DNA of 64,000 nucleotides from Raja brachyura (lineage: Eukaryota): contig OY740790.1 of the NCBI GenBank assembly GCA_963514005.1, positions 45,570,001 to 45,634,000 on the forward strand, read 5' to 3'. The notes below the pieces were generated by a model. The model was not told the origin of the DNA. It searched no databases and saw only the letters and a list, made by a program, of their open reading frames with translations. Shown piece by piece: positions 20,478 through 34,591 of the stretch (positions within the stretch are counted from its first letter, which is position 1; each line of letters starts with the position of its first letter). The translations under genes were made by a program, and so were the position numbers.

Positions 20478-23400
20478 GTAACACGTCTTCATATTTTACC
20501 TTGGTCTGTTTGTTCTTGCAATCTTAGACTACTTAAAGCTTGAGTTTGTTGGGGTTTGCTCTCCCTCTTTGTTCCTTTGTGATTTGACTGGTCTGTTCAT
20601 AGCCTTTGCCGTGTACTGTCTATTGCTGGTCGGGCCTGTTTCCCATTCTTCTGAGCTTTACGTTGATTTTTTATCGTTTATTCCTTGAAAAAAGCTTTTG
20701 GATTGTCGGATATTGAAATAGAACCTGTACAGACACTTCCCCACTCGTGAAATGACACAAGGCATTGTTTATTCATATTGGAATTAACATATACTGTCTG
20801 AAACTTTGTAACAATAACTTGAGTAGGAAATATATTTTGAATTTAGAGTTGCTTGGATAATTCATATTTTAAAAGCAGCCTTTGGGCAGTATAAACTGGT
20901 CTCTGTGGGATGGCAGAAACCTCTTATCATAAGCAGGAGAGGGAAAGTTTTGCGTGCAAAGGAATTGTGTGAACAGCATAAACGATAAGAGGAGTTCTTT
21001 GTTAGCCATATCAGTCCCGAATATGGAATTAAAAAGTGTGCATTGTAGAATTTAAGCATTATTTCTAATGACTAACACTGCTATTGTCTTTGTTTTTGGA
21101 TAAGGAAAAGATAAGGGGAACATTGAATGATAAATCTTGCAGGAGATTAAGAAGAACGCTCACCCTAATTACTGCATACTATGGTTGAATTCTGAAAAAA
21201 CAGTCTAATTAGCATCACTGACCCGTTGACAATGGAATATAGTTACATTTACAATTTAGCTGTTCAGATTTTTTTTTGTGAGTGAAAAGTGGCATATAAT
21301 TTGATTTCAAAATAGTAATCCTGCCATCAGAATATCCATTTTGTATGCAGTCTGGGGTTGGAAGGGATTAATTTTGAAAGTTTCCAAGATACTATGGTTG
21401 TATTGGAGTCCATAATGAAAAGACAAAAGTTTAATAATGCTCCTTTCTTTAAAATGGTACTGCTGACTTTTAGACAAAGAATGCCAGCAGAATAGGAGAC
21501 AATGAAGAGGGCAAGGATCGAACCATGTTCACATAGGAATTGAGGGTAATGATGGGGTGGGGGAGGAGGAGTTTCAGCAGGTTTTCCACTTTAATATTTA
21601 TTGAAGAGAAACATGAGTCTGCTTGAACTTGGCAATATTTCTGTTGGAAGCTCTGGTATGCTTTATGAGGTTTGAATGCATAATCGGTGTGAACTCAGCA
21701 CCACCCTGATCCACTGGCCAGTCTCTTCCCAATAGAGTGCTGTACAGACCATGAAATCCTGCTAGCTTGGGACTTCTGGATGTGATTGTAATGATAAGAG
21801 TTTGGCCAGACTTTCCTTACCCCCCCCCCCCCCCATTCTCCCACCCACTTTCTGGCTGCAGCTCCCTTTGGCTCACCGCAGATCACATTGCAGTGTCTAG
21901 GGATTTTTAGGTGAGATTATAGAGGCAACAGCTATTTCTGCAGCAACCCTTTTTAACCTTTATTTTATACTTGGTGATTCAATGTAGGAGATGTGTTAAG
22001 AGCAATTTAAAAATAGTTGATGTATCCTTTTAAAGCAATGCATTACATCTTAATCCTATCAATTTCAATGAAACAGGTTTGCTGTCTTGCTGCTAAATAA
22101 TCTGTTGTCCAGTATCTGCAAAGATATTTGTTAAAGCAGCGATATTGATCTGAATGCATTAAAATGTGAAGCATAGTCAGTTTTATTTTTGCAAGAAAAA
22201 TTACGGCCATGCTCCAGATTGGGAACTAACGCTCTATTGCTGGCAAGAATATCATTTGCATTCTGAAGATGTACAGACATCAGTCCTTGCAAATGATGTC
22301 ACTCATATTTGAGAAGACAATAGCGCACGGAGCAAAACTCCAACAAAAGTCAAGTGTATTTCACTAAGACCTCTCCAAGAGTTAAAAGTTAACTATGCAG
22401 TTGCATCAGAACAGTGGCCTATTTGTAGCCACTATTTTTATTTGCATACTGTTACCAGATCCAGTGTAATAGGAATTAACACCACCTATATAATATTTTT
22501 CCGGCCTTCACATCCCAATGGGACTTGGCTGGGTACATTATTCAAGCTAAGATTACACAAGCAGTGAAGGGAGCTGGTGGTGTTGGGAGGGGGGATGGGG
22601 GTGTCATGTCTCGGCCCTTGATAATGTCACAGCAGCAAGTCTCCTTAAAACAGCTGAGCTTTGTGTTAGTGTTCTGTCAGGGTGTCGGTTAACTGCATTG
22701 CTGCATTTGATTCACTTTTGCCATCCTGGAGCTTGACATTAAAGTACCAAGTCCTGTATGAAAGGCCACTGTATCATTGCCAGTAGCCTAGATAATCCTT
22801 GGATCAATTTTTAGACAAATTTTGTTATGCTTGTATTTCTGTGTTTATTTTCTCCTTGGCCAAATTCTTTTTTGTTATAGAGGTTAAAATATAATATGAC
22901 AGGGCATTTTTGATACTGCACACAATTAGTTGCAGCAGTGACAGGGTATTTGTAACAGGCAATTAGTAACAGGGTATTTGTACTTATTGTCTGATAAAAT
23001 GCTAGTGATATGTTCACAACTCTATTCATACATTCTTGAGTTCTTCCATTTGAGTTTTCATCTATGCACTTTTAAAGTGGAAATAATGCTTTGTGATAGA
23101 AGCAGCAATATTGTTAAGCTATATTTGCAAACAAATCTTTACAGTTGTCCAGAGTGGGAAGGCTCAGCAGGGTTTAAGCTTATGAGTTACTTGGCCAGTT
23201 TGCCATAGATAATTTTAGGGGAAAGATATGATATGTCCATAAAACAAAATAACGTGACTTAATAAATATATCTGTTGGAAGCACTTTGCTCACAGATTGA
23301 GTTGAGCTAACCTAGCCAAAGTAATTAATCAAGCTGTGTAAAAATCAATACAACTAATTGTGTTTCCTGCTTCTACAAACTTGCTTCCCCCTTACTTCAT

Positions 23401-23944
23401 GTCTCTTTTATGTTAGCTTGATACAATTGTCTGAATTGACACAACTTTAGCAGAACAATGCCAGCCCGCCTGTTGGGGTTGGTGGTGTGATGGTAGCTTT
23501 TTGGGATGGAGGTGGGAGAAATGGACGTAACAAGGCAGTGGTAGTGATATTTTCTTGTATGGCAGCTGTACTCAAATAGGATTGGCATTTTTCTTGTCTG
23601 GAGGACATAACCAACAAACAAGGAGCTATGGGCAAAGAAAGCTCCTTCCATGGAATAATTAGCCTTAAAGGCCTTTGTTGGATTAAGCTGGACAGATAGT
23701 TCATGCACACTGACAATAGATACCTTGTAGGAGTGACTACCAACTTTAATTCAGAAATTGCCTCTTCTGGGGTTTTGATGCACTTCCAATATTATTTATA
23801 CCTGCATTTCGGATTCCTGTGCAAGGCTGATAGTAATTGTATGACTAAAACAAAATGTTGAAGGTATTTCTGAAAGATACAGAATTTCTAAACCAAGCTG
23901 CTTTTGTGCTAACAAGAGTAATGTTGTCAGACTTTGGAGATATT

Positions 23945-24150
23945 GGTGTTCAGTGGCACAGCTGTTAATGTTGCTGTCTCATAGCACCAGGGAGCTAGGT
24001 TTGAGCCTAGCTTGGGTGCTATCTGTGCAGAGTTTGCACATTCTCTCTGTGAACACATGAGTTTACTCTGGATGCTCTAGTTTCCTCCCACATCCAAAGA
24101 CAAGCTCATAGATTAATTGAGTACTCTAAATGACCCCGCAGTATAGGTTA
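23945..24150 (+). mobile_element. tRNA-derived SINE (HE1/V-SINE-like)
   Basis: tRNA-like head followed by ...ctgtgcagagtttgcacattctc...tttcctcccacatccaaagac core shared with other copies in the window. Confidence 0.75.
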
Positions 24151-24179
24151 ATAGCAACAAGAATCAAAAGGGAGATGAT

Positions 24180-25370
24180 AGATTGCTGATGCTGGAATCT
24201 TGAGGAAAGTACAAACTGCTGGAGTTATTGAGCAGGTCAGACAGAGGCTGTGGAGGGAAATGGGAGGATCACATTTCAGGTCAGGCTCTTTTTTAGAACT
24301 GATGGAATAGAGGAGGAAAGCTGGTTGAAAAGGATAAAGGGAAGAGGTGGTCAAAGGCTAGTATGCATTAGGCAAGTCTGGGTATGGAAGAGGTGATTGG
24401 TAAATGAGTCGGGGAGAGAGAAAAGGTGGAGACAACTAAGGCTGGATATGGCATGAACAAGGGGTGCAAAGGGTAGAATCTGATTAAAAAAAAAAGAAAG
24501 GTGGGGAATCAAAGCGAATTATGGTGGATAAATGGGAGATAAGAGACATGAGGGGAACTGGTTGGGCTGCTGTTTCAGGATGAAATGAGTGGTCCTGAGA
24601 CCTTGATGGGGAATGAAAGAGTAAAGGGAATTGGATGTCCATGTTAATGGTCCAGTGGTGGGTGCCAAGAAATTCGAAGTTGTTGAGGTGAAAGTGCGTC
24701 TCTAAGATTTCCCAGATCAGAAGTCCTGTTTGTGGATTTTGCAACTTATGGTAGAAGCGAGAAGCCTCACATTGGGGGCTGTGGAGGTAAGATTGCGGGG
24801 ACTGATGAGATCTGTGATGGTTTGGGAGACAGTGGCTGATATTTGTCGGTGGGGTTGTGGTGAAGGGATGGTGTCAAAGATGGTGTCCTAACCTCAGTCC
24901 ACCAGACTACAATGACATCACCCTTTCCTGCAAGTTTGAAGTTGGGATTAGAGCACAGTGAGTAGAGGCAGTGTGTTCAGAGGGGTGGAGATTGGATTGG
25001 AGAGGGGACTAGAGAAGTCAAGACTGTAAATGTCACAGTGGCAGCTGAAAATAAAAGAGTCGAAGAGGGTAGGTGGCTGGCAGGCAGGGGGTGTCCAAGA
25101 GGAAAAGTCAATGAGTGTTGGAAGTGCGAAAAATGTTCATCAGTGGTGAGCCATGACTCCTTGCCAAAGAAACAGGCATGGAGGCAGAGGCAATGAAAGA
25201 AGAGTAAGACATCATAATGGGTTCAGAACTGTGCCCCAGCCTGTGCTGAGGAAAGATAGCTGAGTATCAGAGGAGAGTGCGGAACTAGTGAAAAAATGAT
25301 ACGGGTAGGGACTGGGGCCACACCGCTAGATCCCACTTCTCTTCAAACTGGGGTCCCCAGCACCATGGAA
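24180..25370 (-). mobile_element. Old Penelope-like element remnant
   Basis: Hammerhead-type terminal repeat at 24185-24300; the minus strand near 24894-24940 reads KLAGKGDVIVVWWT, a decayed form of the Penelope RT motif KPADKGGAVVVW. Confidence 0.55.
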
Positions 25371-28300
25371 AGAAATGGGAGTTGAGGCAGGTTGAATTTG
25401 GGTTATATTTGATTCGTGCATGACTTCCACATTTCAGCGTTAATCAATTTAGGATCTTGCTTTATATAATTTATGTAAACATTTCAAGTCTTAAATGTGT
25501 TAATATTTTACATCTGAAGCCAATTTTACTTGATACGTTGCAGTTTCTAGACCTCAGACCTGTATCCCTTTCCCTTCAAAGAAGCTAGAATAATCAAAAT
25601 AAAATGATTAAAAGGCAGGAAGCACATGAGAGAGCGAATTCTTCATTAACATTCTTAAGACAAAAGCAGAAATCATGGAATACCTTTTTTACGAATCCCC
25701 ATTCCATTTTGCCACACCATTTTAGAAAAATACATGTCATTAAAGATTCAGTGTTATTGTGAAAGAACTGAAGGATAGTATAAGTAATGTTTTGTATTTG
25801 CAAACTCTATGCTTACAAATGCAATTTGGCACATGGTACAAATTGAGAGTGCGATGAAAATTATTCAAATGGCAGCCTCCTGTGATGCACTACTTTGTTT
25901 AATCATAGGATCAATGTGCAGTGCTTAATAATTGTCCCATCTGTGGTACATTTCCAAAAAAAATTTAATCGGGCCATGTTGAATACATTGAGATTCAACT
26001 GAACCTCCTGCACATTTGAAGTATTGGGGATTGTTTTAAATTTTAGATTGTTTTAAATTGTCAAACCATATTTTGACCAAGTGATAACCTGGATAAATAT
26101 AGTTCTTGTTATGATAATACTTTATGGACTTAGATCAGTTTTACGATTCTTTGGACCAATAATTAGACCAATTTTAAGCTTTAAGCACTTTCATGAGCAG
26201 AGCCATATCTATTGGTGGATAAGTAGTTTTGAATGATTGTTAGTGGAGAAGGGGTGGGAAGGACAGGGATGACATAAAGCAATGTAAATTGGTCTCATCG
26301 TTTTGTTTTAAATGCAGTGATTTGAAATTGCACTGCAGTTGGTTTGTCTGAATCACCATCTTTTCTCAGGTACACAGCTGTAGATTAATGAAACTTGCCA
26401 TTAAAGAAAAAATAGCAGGGATTAAATGAAAGAATTTAAAAAATAGCTAGGCCCTGTAGGAGTGAAGCGAATCCTTGTCATATGAAGGGATGAAGTTCTA
26501 AATGTCTTAGCGAGATAGATGAGTGTGTTGGTACACGTGTTTCCCAATATTTGCCACTTGCTGATATGTACTTGTTCTTCTTATTATTATTATATTTCAA
26601 TGTCAGAAGCACATGATTGTTATGCAGTACCCTGATTGGGTGAATGCTGTATTCATTCAAAAGGTTAGAACTATCAGATGGTTTTGATGTGAGCATACAA
26701 TTTAGCAAATGCTGAATTCAGTTTTGTTAGTTAGCATGATACTGGACAGGGAGCGAATCGGATACAAATAAAGGACTGATAATGCATGAAGTAGATATAA
26801 TGAACTTAGTAATGCTTGTTGACCTTCTATCAGGAACTATTCCCATGCACAATAAGGGAGAAAAAGTGTATTTCTGAACTGTATATTTAAATCGAAGGCA
26901 AATTGGAGAGAACATAAACGAGCTGGGATTAACACTAAGATTAGTTGTTGCCATTGCATAGCTTCATAATTTCTGTTCAATTTAATACATGTTGTTTTTT
27001 ATTTCTATTATATTTGAGGCACAGTACTCAATATTTTCATGAAACAACCAGTTAATTAAAACTGCAGATGTTTTATTTTGTGTAACATTCTTCTTAGCAA
27101 GTGCCCTTTGTTTGAAATAATTATTACCCAGATTAAACTGAGTTTTCACTATGGAGGACTAATTCTAATGAGCATTGCGAGAACTGGATTAAAATTATAT
27201 CAAAATGATGTGGCTGTTGTGTTTAAAGTACAGTTTATTAGGATTGGTTCTGCAGTCCACCCATCTCTGGACAATTTGAGGACAGCTATTGCTGTTTTCA
27301 GATTATGTGGCCTGTTGATCACTTTTTGAGTATTTAAACTTGTATTTCTATTCCTGCCGATGGGCTGTTGGAATATAATAATATTGTTTTAAATGTCATT
27401 GGTTTAAATTGAATCAGTTAATAATTGGTATTTTGAAAATTTGCTGGTATGTTAACTCGTAAACCATGTGAGCTATTGAACAGGAATTCACAATGAAATG
27501 TGTCGTTATGTTTTATAGCAGATTTTGGTGCACTTTTGACATTGAGAACTAATATTTATACAAAAAATATTTCCGACTGTTCCCGTTGCCAGAGCCAACT
27601 ATTTTGGGGTAATGGTTTAAAATGTTGGATATATTTTTGCTCAGTTAAAGTAACTGGGAGCATGATGCACAGACCTAACAAATGCATTACAGCCATTTTT
27701 TAAATTTTAATTATCTCAATTTATTAATCACATTTATTAATCTTACATTTTTCATCTAAAATTGGAGCAAATAGACGGTCAGGTCAACAATGTTAAATAT
27801 TTGAACCTAGAAATTGTAACAAACTACAAAGGGCAAAGTATTATTAGTTGCATGGGATGCCAATAACTGGGCCTTCTGTAGCAAAATTCAGCAATGCCTG
27901 AAGTGTCAACTATAACAGAAATGGAATGTCCAAAATCAGGTGGTGAGTGAAGGAAGCCTGTCCAGCCTATTGGATTGGGAGGAAAGTAATAGAAGCTGAC
28001 ATTGGTGGCCTGATAATTCTGCTCAGAAATTTAGTGCCTTATGCAAAGCTTTGTGTTGGAGATTAGGGACTTTCATGGAATCCTGATGTGTTTGGAGAGT
28101 GAAGATATACATGAAGGTAAATAATGGCACTTGGTGACATCTGAGTTTGACACAAAGTTATTAAAATGTAGTTCCAGGAATGACAACAATTGCTCTTTGG
28201 GATATTATGGTCTTGTGTCCCTGCAGCAATTGTGTGTCTAAATTGCAATTATGTAGGACCTATAAACACAACTCGCTCTTGAAGTTGACTCGTTGAATAT

Positions 28301-30559
28301 CCAGACTGGTGTGAAACGGTCTAAAACTTTCACATTACTGTGTGTTAATCTTGGGGGTGTAAGGGAAAAGAGGGAGTTAATTTGTTTTTTGGGGGTTTCA
28401 AGTGATGTAAATTTTGTCATGCCTATTGGTATGAATGTTATATCCATGCAACTGTGTGGAATGAATGGGCATGCCTCCACCTGTCATATTGGCCATATGT
28501 AGTTTAGTCCAATCATTCCAATAGCAGCCAATCAATGTTCAACTTGTTAACACCAGAAAATGGTAGGTAGGGCAAAATATCTTTTGTGCTTGGGAGTTGA
28601 TTTACTCCAGAGGTAACTGAAAATAAATATGTAAATTTAGGAATGGAACAAATGTGTTACCAAGAAGAAGATGGAGCCATATATCCTGAGTTGTTTGGCT
28701 CTCTTGGCATTTTTTGTTTTGATTTGGAAAAACATACATTGTGTTGTCTTGATGTCAAACTTTACTTTAAAAAAAGAACGGAACAAAGTTGTATTAGTTA
28801 CTTGTACGACTGCAATGATTGGAACATATGAGGCGCATTTTAAACTACAACCTTTTAAACTGCCAAGATTATGACCTGAAACTTGTGGTTTTAAGGGTCG
28901 CCAACCTTGCCATGTAAAGTTGACAGCAATCACTTGCATCCCACATGCAAAATTAAAAGTAGAAATCCAGACCTTGCTCTCATTACTTCTGTGCTTTTCA
29001 ATAGAGGGCACTGCTGCAGCCATTGGAGATCTAGTTGATGTAGAGTAACTTAAATTTTGTCAAAGCCATTCTTTCTATAAAAATATGTGTGACCTGAATT
29101 TTTAACGCTGTACCACTTTGCAATTACTGCTGAACCACTCCCAGCTGTACAGCTTTAAAACATTTTATTTAGGTCAAATTTTGCCTGCTTAATAGTTTGA
29201 ACTTTTTGCTTCCTGACTTACTGTTGGTCTGACTGGAATCTTGAAATGTCCAAGCTGATTTTGTGGGCAAACATCTTTGATTAAAAATCTGGAACATAAT
29301 ATTTATTTTTGGGGCAGTAGTTTAAAACATTTACTAAATGTAAAGGTAATTTTATTTTTATTTTTTGAAATGGACTAGGCCACAGCAGCATTCTGATTTT
29401 GAGCATCGTAATTCAAAATGCTTTTGCATTGTTTTTTGCGGGTTTCTCCTTTAAATTGCAGTGAAATAAGCAAAGCAATTGCCATACAAGGAAATTAAGT
29501 GCATGGAAATCTCTACTAATTTTGCAAAGAAGCCACAATGAACACATTTTGTATCTTAACTTGTGATCACTTGCGTATTAAGCGTCAATGTTTTTGGCAA
29601 ATTGCCATATTCACTCTTTAGAGTAGTTCAGTTGATAAAAACACTTCAAATTAGTTAGTCCAACCCCATGAAACTAGATTTAAGTTCTGTATTATCTTAC
29701 AGTTTGGTGTTCAGTAACTGAAACTAACTTAAGGCGACACCTAGGATTAGGTGCATTACTCTTGGGTCTTCATACCAAAGTGACATGATTTTGCCCTGCA
29801 AAGTTCGACTTGTCATTTTGTACGAGACAATTAAATGTAAAACCTTTGGTTTAATTTTTTTTTAAAATGCCTGATTATTAGCTGGAGGGAGCAATAAGCA
29901 TGGAATATTTAGGTTTGTAAATAATATCTGGATTATTTTAATTAACTGAGTTGGATGCCCTTATGTTTTCTTTTGACATGTGTCAAAGTGCTGCAAAACT
30001 TTATTTTAAAAATGAACAGAAATATTTTTTCATTATGAAAATATGTCATTATGGTGAACTCCATTAATGAAGGTTAAATTTGAGGTATCCTAGAGAAGGT
30101 GCATTCACAGTGCGTTGATTAAAAATTGTTTAATTCCTTGTGTAAAGTGAACAAAATCAATTGGGATCAGAAACATTTATATTGCCAAAGGCACTTTTAC
30201 TGTACAATGGGAGCAAGATAAAAAAGCATTCACCCATTCAAGTATGTTTAATGGAGGAATCCATCAGCATTGTTTTGCTTGCTTAGTCATAACCATGAAT
30301 GTGGGATGACATTGTACAATAGGTTCAAAAATCTTCTAATGTAACTAAACTGGTTGTCCATGATGAGATAGAACAAATATGGGTCTTGTAATATATTTCA
30401 CCTTTGCGCAAAAGTTACTGTGAATGAACAGAACAAAACTTAACCTATTTAGCAGGTGCATTTTGGGGTGTGTGCTAGATTCTATTTCAAATCAAAATAC
30501 AAGCAGCAGTGGATCCTTTGAGTACTGATTTGTATAGAGTACATTTTACAGCATGGAGA

Positions 30560-30950
30560 AGGTCCTTCAGGAAAGCAACCAAAATAATCAAGGAGCCTTT
30601 TCACCCCGGTCATTCCCTCTTCTCCCCCTTACCTGTCCGGCAGAACACAAGAACTTGAAAGCACTTGCCACAGATTCGGGAATTGCTTCTTCCCTACTGT
30701 TATCAGATGACTATTCCTCCCATAAGATAGGTTGGAAGATCGGGACTACACCCTTTCTCATTGTAGACCTTGTACTTTTTCTCTAACTGTAATGCTGTGA
30801 TATTGTAATACTAGATTTTGCACTCTGGTACTCTGTGCTGCCTGTTGCAAGTGTGTGGCTTCATTGTCCTTGTCAATAGTATGATTTGACTGGATAGAGC
30901 ACAAACATAGCGCTTCACTACATCTCAGTACAATAGACAATAAACCAATA
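30560..30950 (+). mobile_element. LINE 3' end (Rex1/Babar-like)
   Basis: Decayed ...cagattcgggaattgcttcttccctactgttatcaga (RF.NSFFP.VIR-like) followed by a tail ending gacaataaaccaatacca. Confidence 0.5.
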
Positions 30951-30954
30951 CCAA

Positions 30955-31712
30955 GTAATTCATGCTGACCAAGATATCTACCCGAGCTCGTCCCATTTGC
31001 TGCATTTCGCCCGAATCCCTGGAAATGTTTACTATCCATGTACTTGCTAAAATGTCTTTGAACATCACAGTTCCTCAGCTTCCTCAGACAGTTTGTTCCA
31101 TATACTACCACCATCTTGTGGAAGAAGTTGTCCCTCAGGATCTTTTGTCTCTCACCTTAAACTTATGCCCTCAGATTTTAAGTTCCCCTACCCTGAGAAA
31201 AAGACTAACAATTCACCCTATCCATACCCTCATTATTTTAGTAGATCTCTATAAGAACACCCCCCAACCTCTATACTCCACGGGAAAAAAAATCCAGCAT
31301 ATCCAATCTGTCCTAACTCAAGCCTCCCAATGAATCTTTTCTGCACTCTTTCCAGCTTAATGACATCCTTCCTATAGCCGGGTGACCAGAACTGCATGTA
31401 TTTGCTACCTTGACCAATAAAGACAAGCAGCCAAATATAATCTACACCACCCTGTCTACTTGTGTTATCACTTTAAAGGAATTATATAACCCCTATCTTG
31501 TGTTAGCTCTGATTTACAGCACCGTCGAGGGCTCTACCATTAACTCCAAGTCATGCCCTTGTTTAACTTGACAAAATGCTATACCTTTTTGTTGAAGTTA
31601 AATTCCATTTGCCATTTCTTGGCTTTCTGTCAGTTTATCTCGATCCTGTTGTAATCTTAGATAGCTTTCACTATTCACTGTACCCTCAATGTTGCTGTCA
31701 TCTGCAAACAGG
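30955..31712 (-). mobile_element. Degenerate CR1 3' fragment
   Basis: Minus ORFs with FADDSNIEGTVNSESYLRLQQDRD (31598-31816) and CR1 tail similarity. Confidence 0.75.
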
Positions 31713-33096
31713 AAAAGGAATGGCCCAAGTACAATGACTATGGTAATTAATCCCAGCCATTGGTAACATACTGCAAATAAAAATGGAGCCTTAACCAAAG
31801 AGGAAAAAAAAATCACACGGTGATCACAAGTGATCCCTGTCCAGTGATTGCCACTGGCTTTTAGAGGACAGTCTTGGTGTCAGTGTAATACGTTGATATG
31901 AGGAGCATAATGGTGAACTGACTGAGGAACCATCCAGAGGTTAACTTCAATGAAAAAGTATGGTGGGAAGAAATAAATGGAAATTGAGGAAGGGTGAAAT
32001 ATCACATTTGATAGATGATTTTTCAAATATGGTTCCCATAGTGGTGTTCAGCAGGCGAAAAGTCCATAAATGTTCCAACAAAATTCTCACGTTGACTTCT
32101 CTAAGCTAACAAGAAATTCTGAACTAAACATCTTTGTCGTCCCTATACCTCTAGCAACAAATCGATTATTGTTTTGTGCTTTAACACCCACCTCAAATTT
32201 TGATCGCATTCCCCTTGCAGTATTTCACATTAAAGATCATTTGAGCAGACTGGAATTTAAACTTTTTTGGGGGTTAAACTAGAGGTTTCTGGACCTCTTC
32301 CAACCGCCACCCAGTAAAACTGCCATAAAGTGTGTTTTATTTTGCCAGATTTAATAACCTACTATGCAGTTTTAACATTTTACAACAGTCTACAAAAATA
32401 ATGAGTTTGTTTGGTGTTAGTGCCTGGTGATGTATAGCACTCTTTTATCAGTTGAATTTGGTCAGTTTTTGGAAAGCTTGTTAAATGGAATGTTATGTCT
32501 TGAAACCCTGAGGGAACTGTCTGAGAGTTAAACAACCTACAGAAAGATTCATGGGGAATGGAGTTCCAGGCTGAATATCACCATTGCTTCTTACAACTCT
32601 AGTTTACTTTCATGGAAGGATGTCCCATAGTAAAAGAGCTATTCACGTGTTGGGATTCTTATTAAAATGCAGATAACAGAAAGTGAGCTTGGAAAATTGA
32701 ACAATAAATATTCACCTTTATACATTGTGATTGGTTTTTCAGTTCCCTGAAATGCTTAGATTTAGAACACAATTTTTTAAGTATTCCAGTAGAACTTTCC
32801 TATCAAGTGTGAGTAATGTCCTGCAGTGCACAATGAAAGAAAAATGTCATGTGATTAAATATTTTAAATAAAGATACTTTCGAATAGCCGATCCTAAAAT
32901 GGCGATTATGAAAAATAGCACAATTTAGCATTTTAAGCAAAAGGTTTTGTGTATTGCTCACGATTCCAGTGCTTGAAGTCACTTGTATCTCCAATTTGGC
33001 ATATTAATTGTTTGAGGGCAAACTAACTCTTCACAAATTTCATGTTTCAACCTGCTTCACAAATTCTAATTGTAAACAATTCTCTAAGTTTTTAAG

Positions 33097-33190
33097 TCTG
33101 AAGAAGGGTCTCGACACGAAACATCGCCTATCTCCTTCGCTCCTTAGATGCTGCTGTACCCGCTGAGTTTCTCCAGCTTTTTGTGTAACG
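33097..33190 (+). mobile_element. 94-bp hammerhead-motif mini-element with 15-bp target-site duplication
   Basis: CTCTAAGTTTTTAAG at 33082-33096 and 33191-33205; the interior starts tCTGAAGA AGGGTCTCGACAC GAAA CATC. Confidence 0.85.
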
Positions 33191-33384
33191 CTCTAAGTTT
33201 TTAAGCCTTGACAGATAAATATCATGTTTCTGTTGCTGTATAGCTTGCTTAAGCATTAAAATGCAACTTATACTATTATACGTCCAATATTTCAAACTAG
33301 TCCATGTTTACTAGTCATAATTTTCATAGCTAAGGGAAAGTCTACAAGGATTTTTTTTGAAAAGACTGATTTTGTTTGAATAAA

Positions 33385-33605
33385 CATGAGTAATTCCCTG
33401 CCACAGAGGGCAGTGGAGGCCAAATCACTGGGTGGATTTAAGAGAGAGTTAGATAGAGCTCTAGGGTCTAGTAGAGTCAAGGGATATGGGGAGAAGGTAG
33501 GGACAGGTTATTGATTGGGGACGATCAGCCGTGATCACAATGAATGGTGGTGCTGGCTCGAAGGGCCGAATGGCATCCTCCTGCACCCATTTTCTATGTT
33601 TCTAA
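33385..33605 (+). mobile_element. CR1 3' tail
   Basis: aattccctgccacagagggcagtggaggcc...ttctatgtttcta tail. Confidence 0.85.
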
Positions 33606-34591
33606 AAAAAATGTGAAGGAGTGAAATTTGGATAATTTGAGTTTGGTGTTAAATCTTGAAACTATGAAATCTAGCATCTGATCCAAGTTGGTTGAACACT
33701 TCCTTCACATATTTACAGCAATAGACCTTCTATCGTTCTCACCAAATAGTTACATGGTGCCTAGTCTTTATGTTAATTTCATCTGGATGAACTGTTTGTA
33801 TAACCCTTAGTATGTGCACATATCTATCATTCAGTTTTACATTTTCCATTTGACTAAATGGTGTGTTTGGTCGAGGCGCGGCAGTTTTGGTGTTGGTTGG
33901 AAAGAATTCTGGGTTTTCTTCACTTTCGTCTTGATCTAGCTTTTTTTAAGGTTATGCTCTTTTTCCCTGGCCTCATTCATCAGAGAAAATATTATTTTTA
34001 TGTCAAATCATTCAGTCATCTTTAATACTTCTGTTAATTGACCCTTTAATCTTCCGTGCTACAAGTCTTATTCATGCAGCCTGCCCTTACAATTTAATCC
34101 TTTGAGGTGAGTTTGTTATGCCCTCTCCCAGATTAATATATTAATTTTAAGTTGGTTCTGAGTATAGTCCTGCTGATGAAATCTATTTGGAGCAATATTC
34201 ACCTTAATGCAGTGTTTGCAGCTGTAATGTTCCATTCCTTTTGAGATAAAGACAAGATAATTCAATTAGCTATTTTAATATTTTTTAACATGCTTCTCCC
34301 CCATTTTTGTAGAAAAGTTAGTCTTTAACTGTTCCGTTCATAAGTTTCTTGGTGTTTAGATTAACTGCACATGTGTGTAAAAACTATCAATAATCTGAAA
34401 CTTTATGCTGTCAACTGTACCATTTACCATACCACCCAATTATGTAATCAACAAGTTATTATCCTAAATTATCTACAAATATAACATAAAGCCATGGCTT
34501 GATATGCATTCCCATAGGACAACGCATGCCATGTCTTGCCTGTTTGAGTACATTATCCAATATCCATATAATCTGTTTCAAAAATCCAAGC

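Noticed and set aside
23945-24030. tRNA-like sequence
   Set aside because: A decayed SINE head continuing into the SINE core, not a tRNA gene.
28560-28618. ATG 28560 with donor GAG|GTAACT at 28613
   Set aside because: It ends in phase 2, incompatible with the phase-1 acceptor of exon 2.
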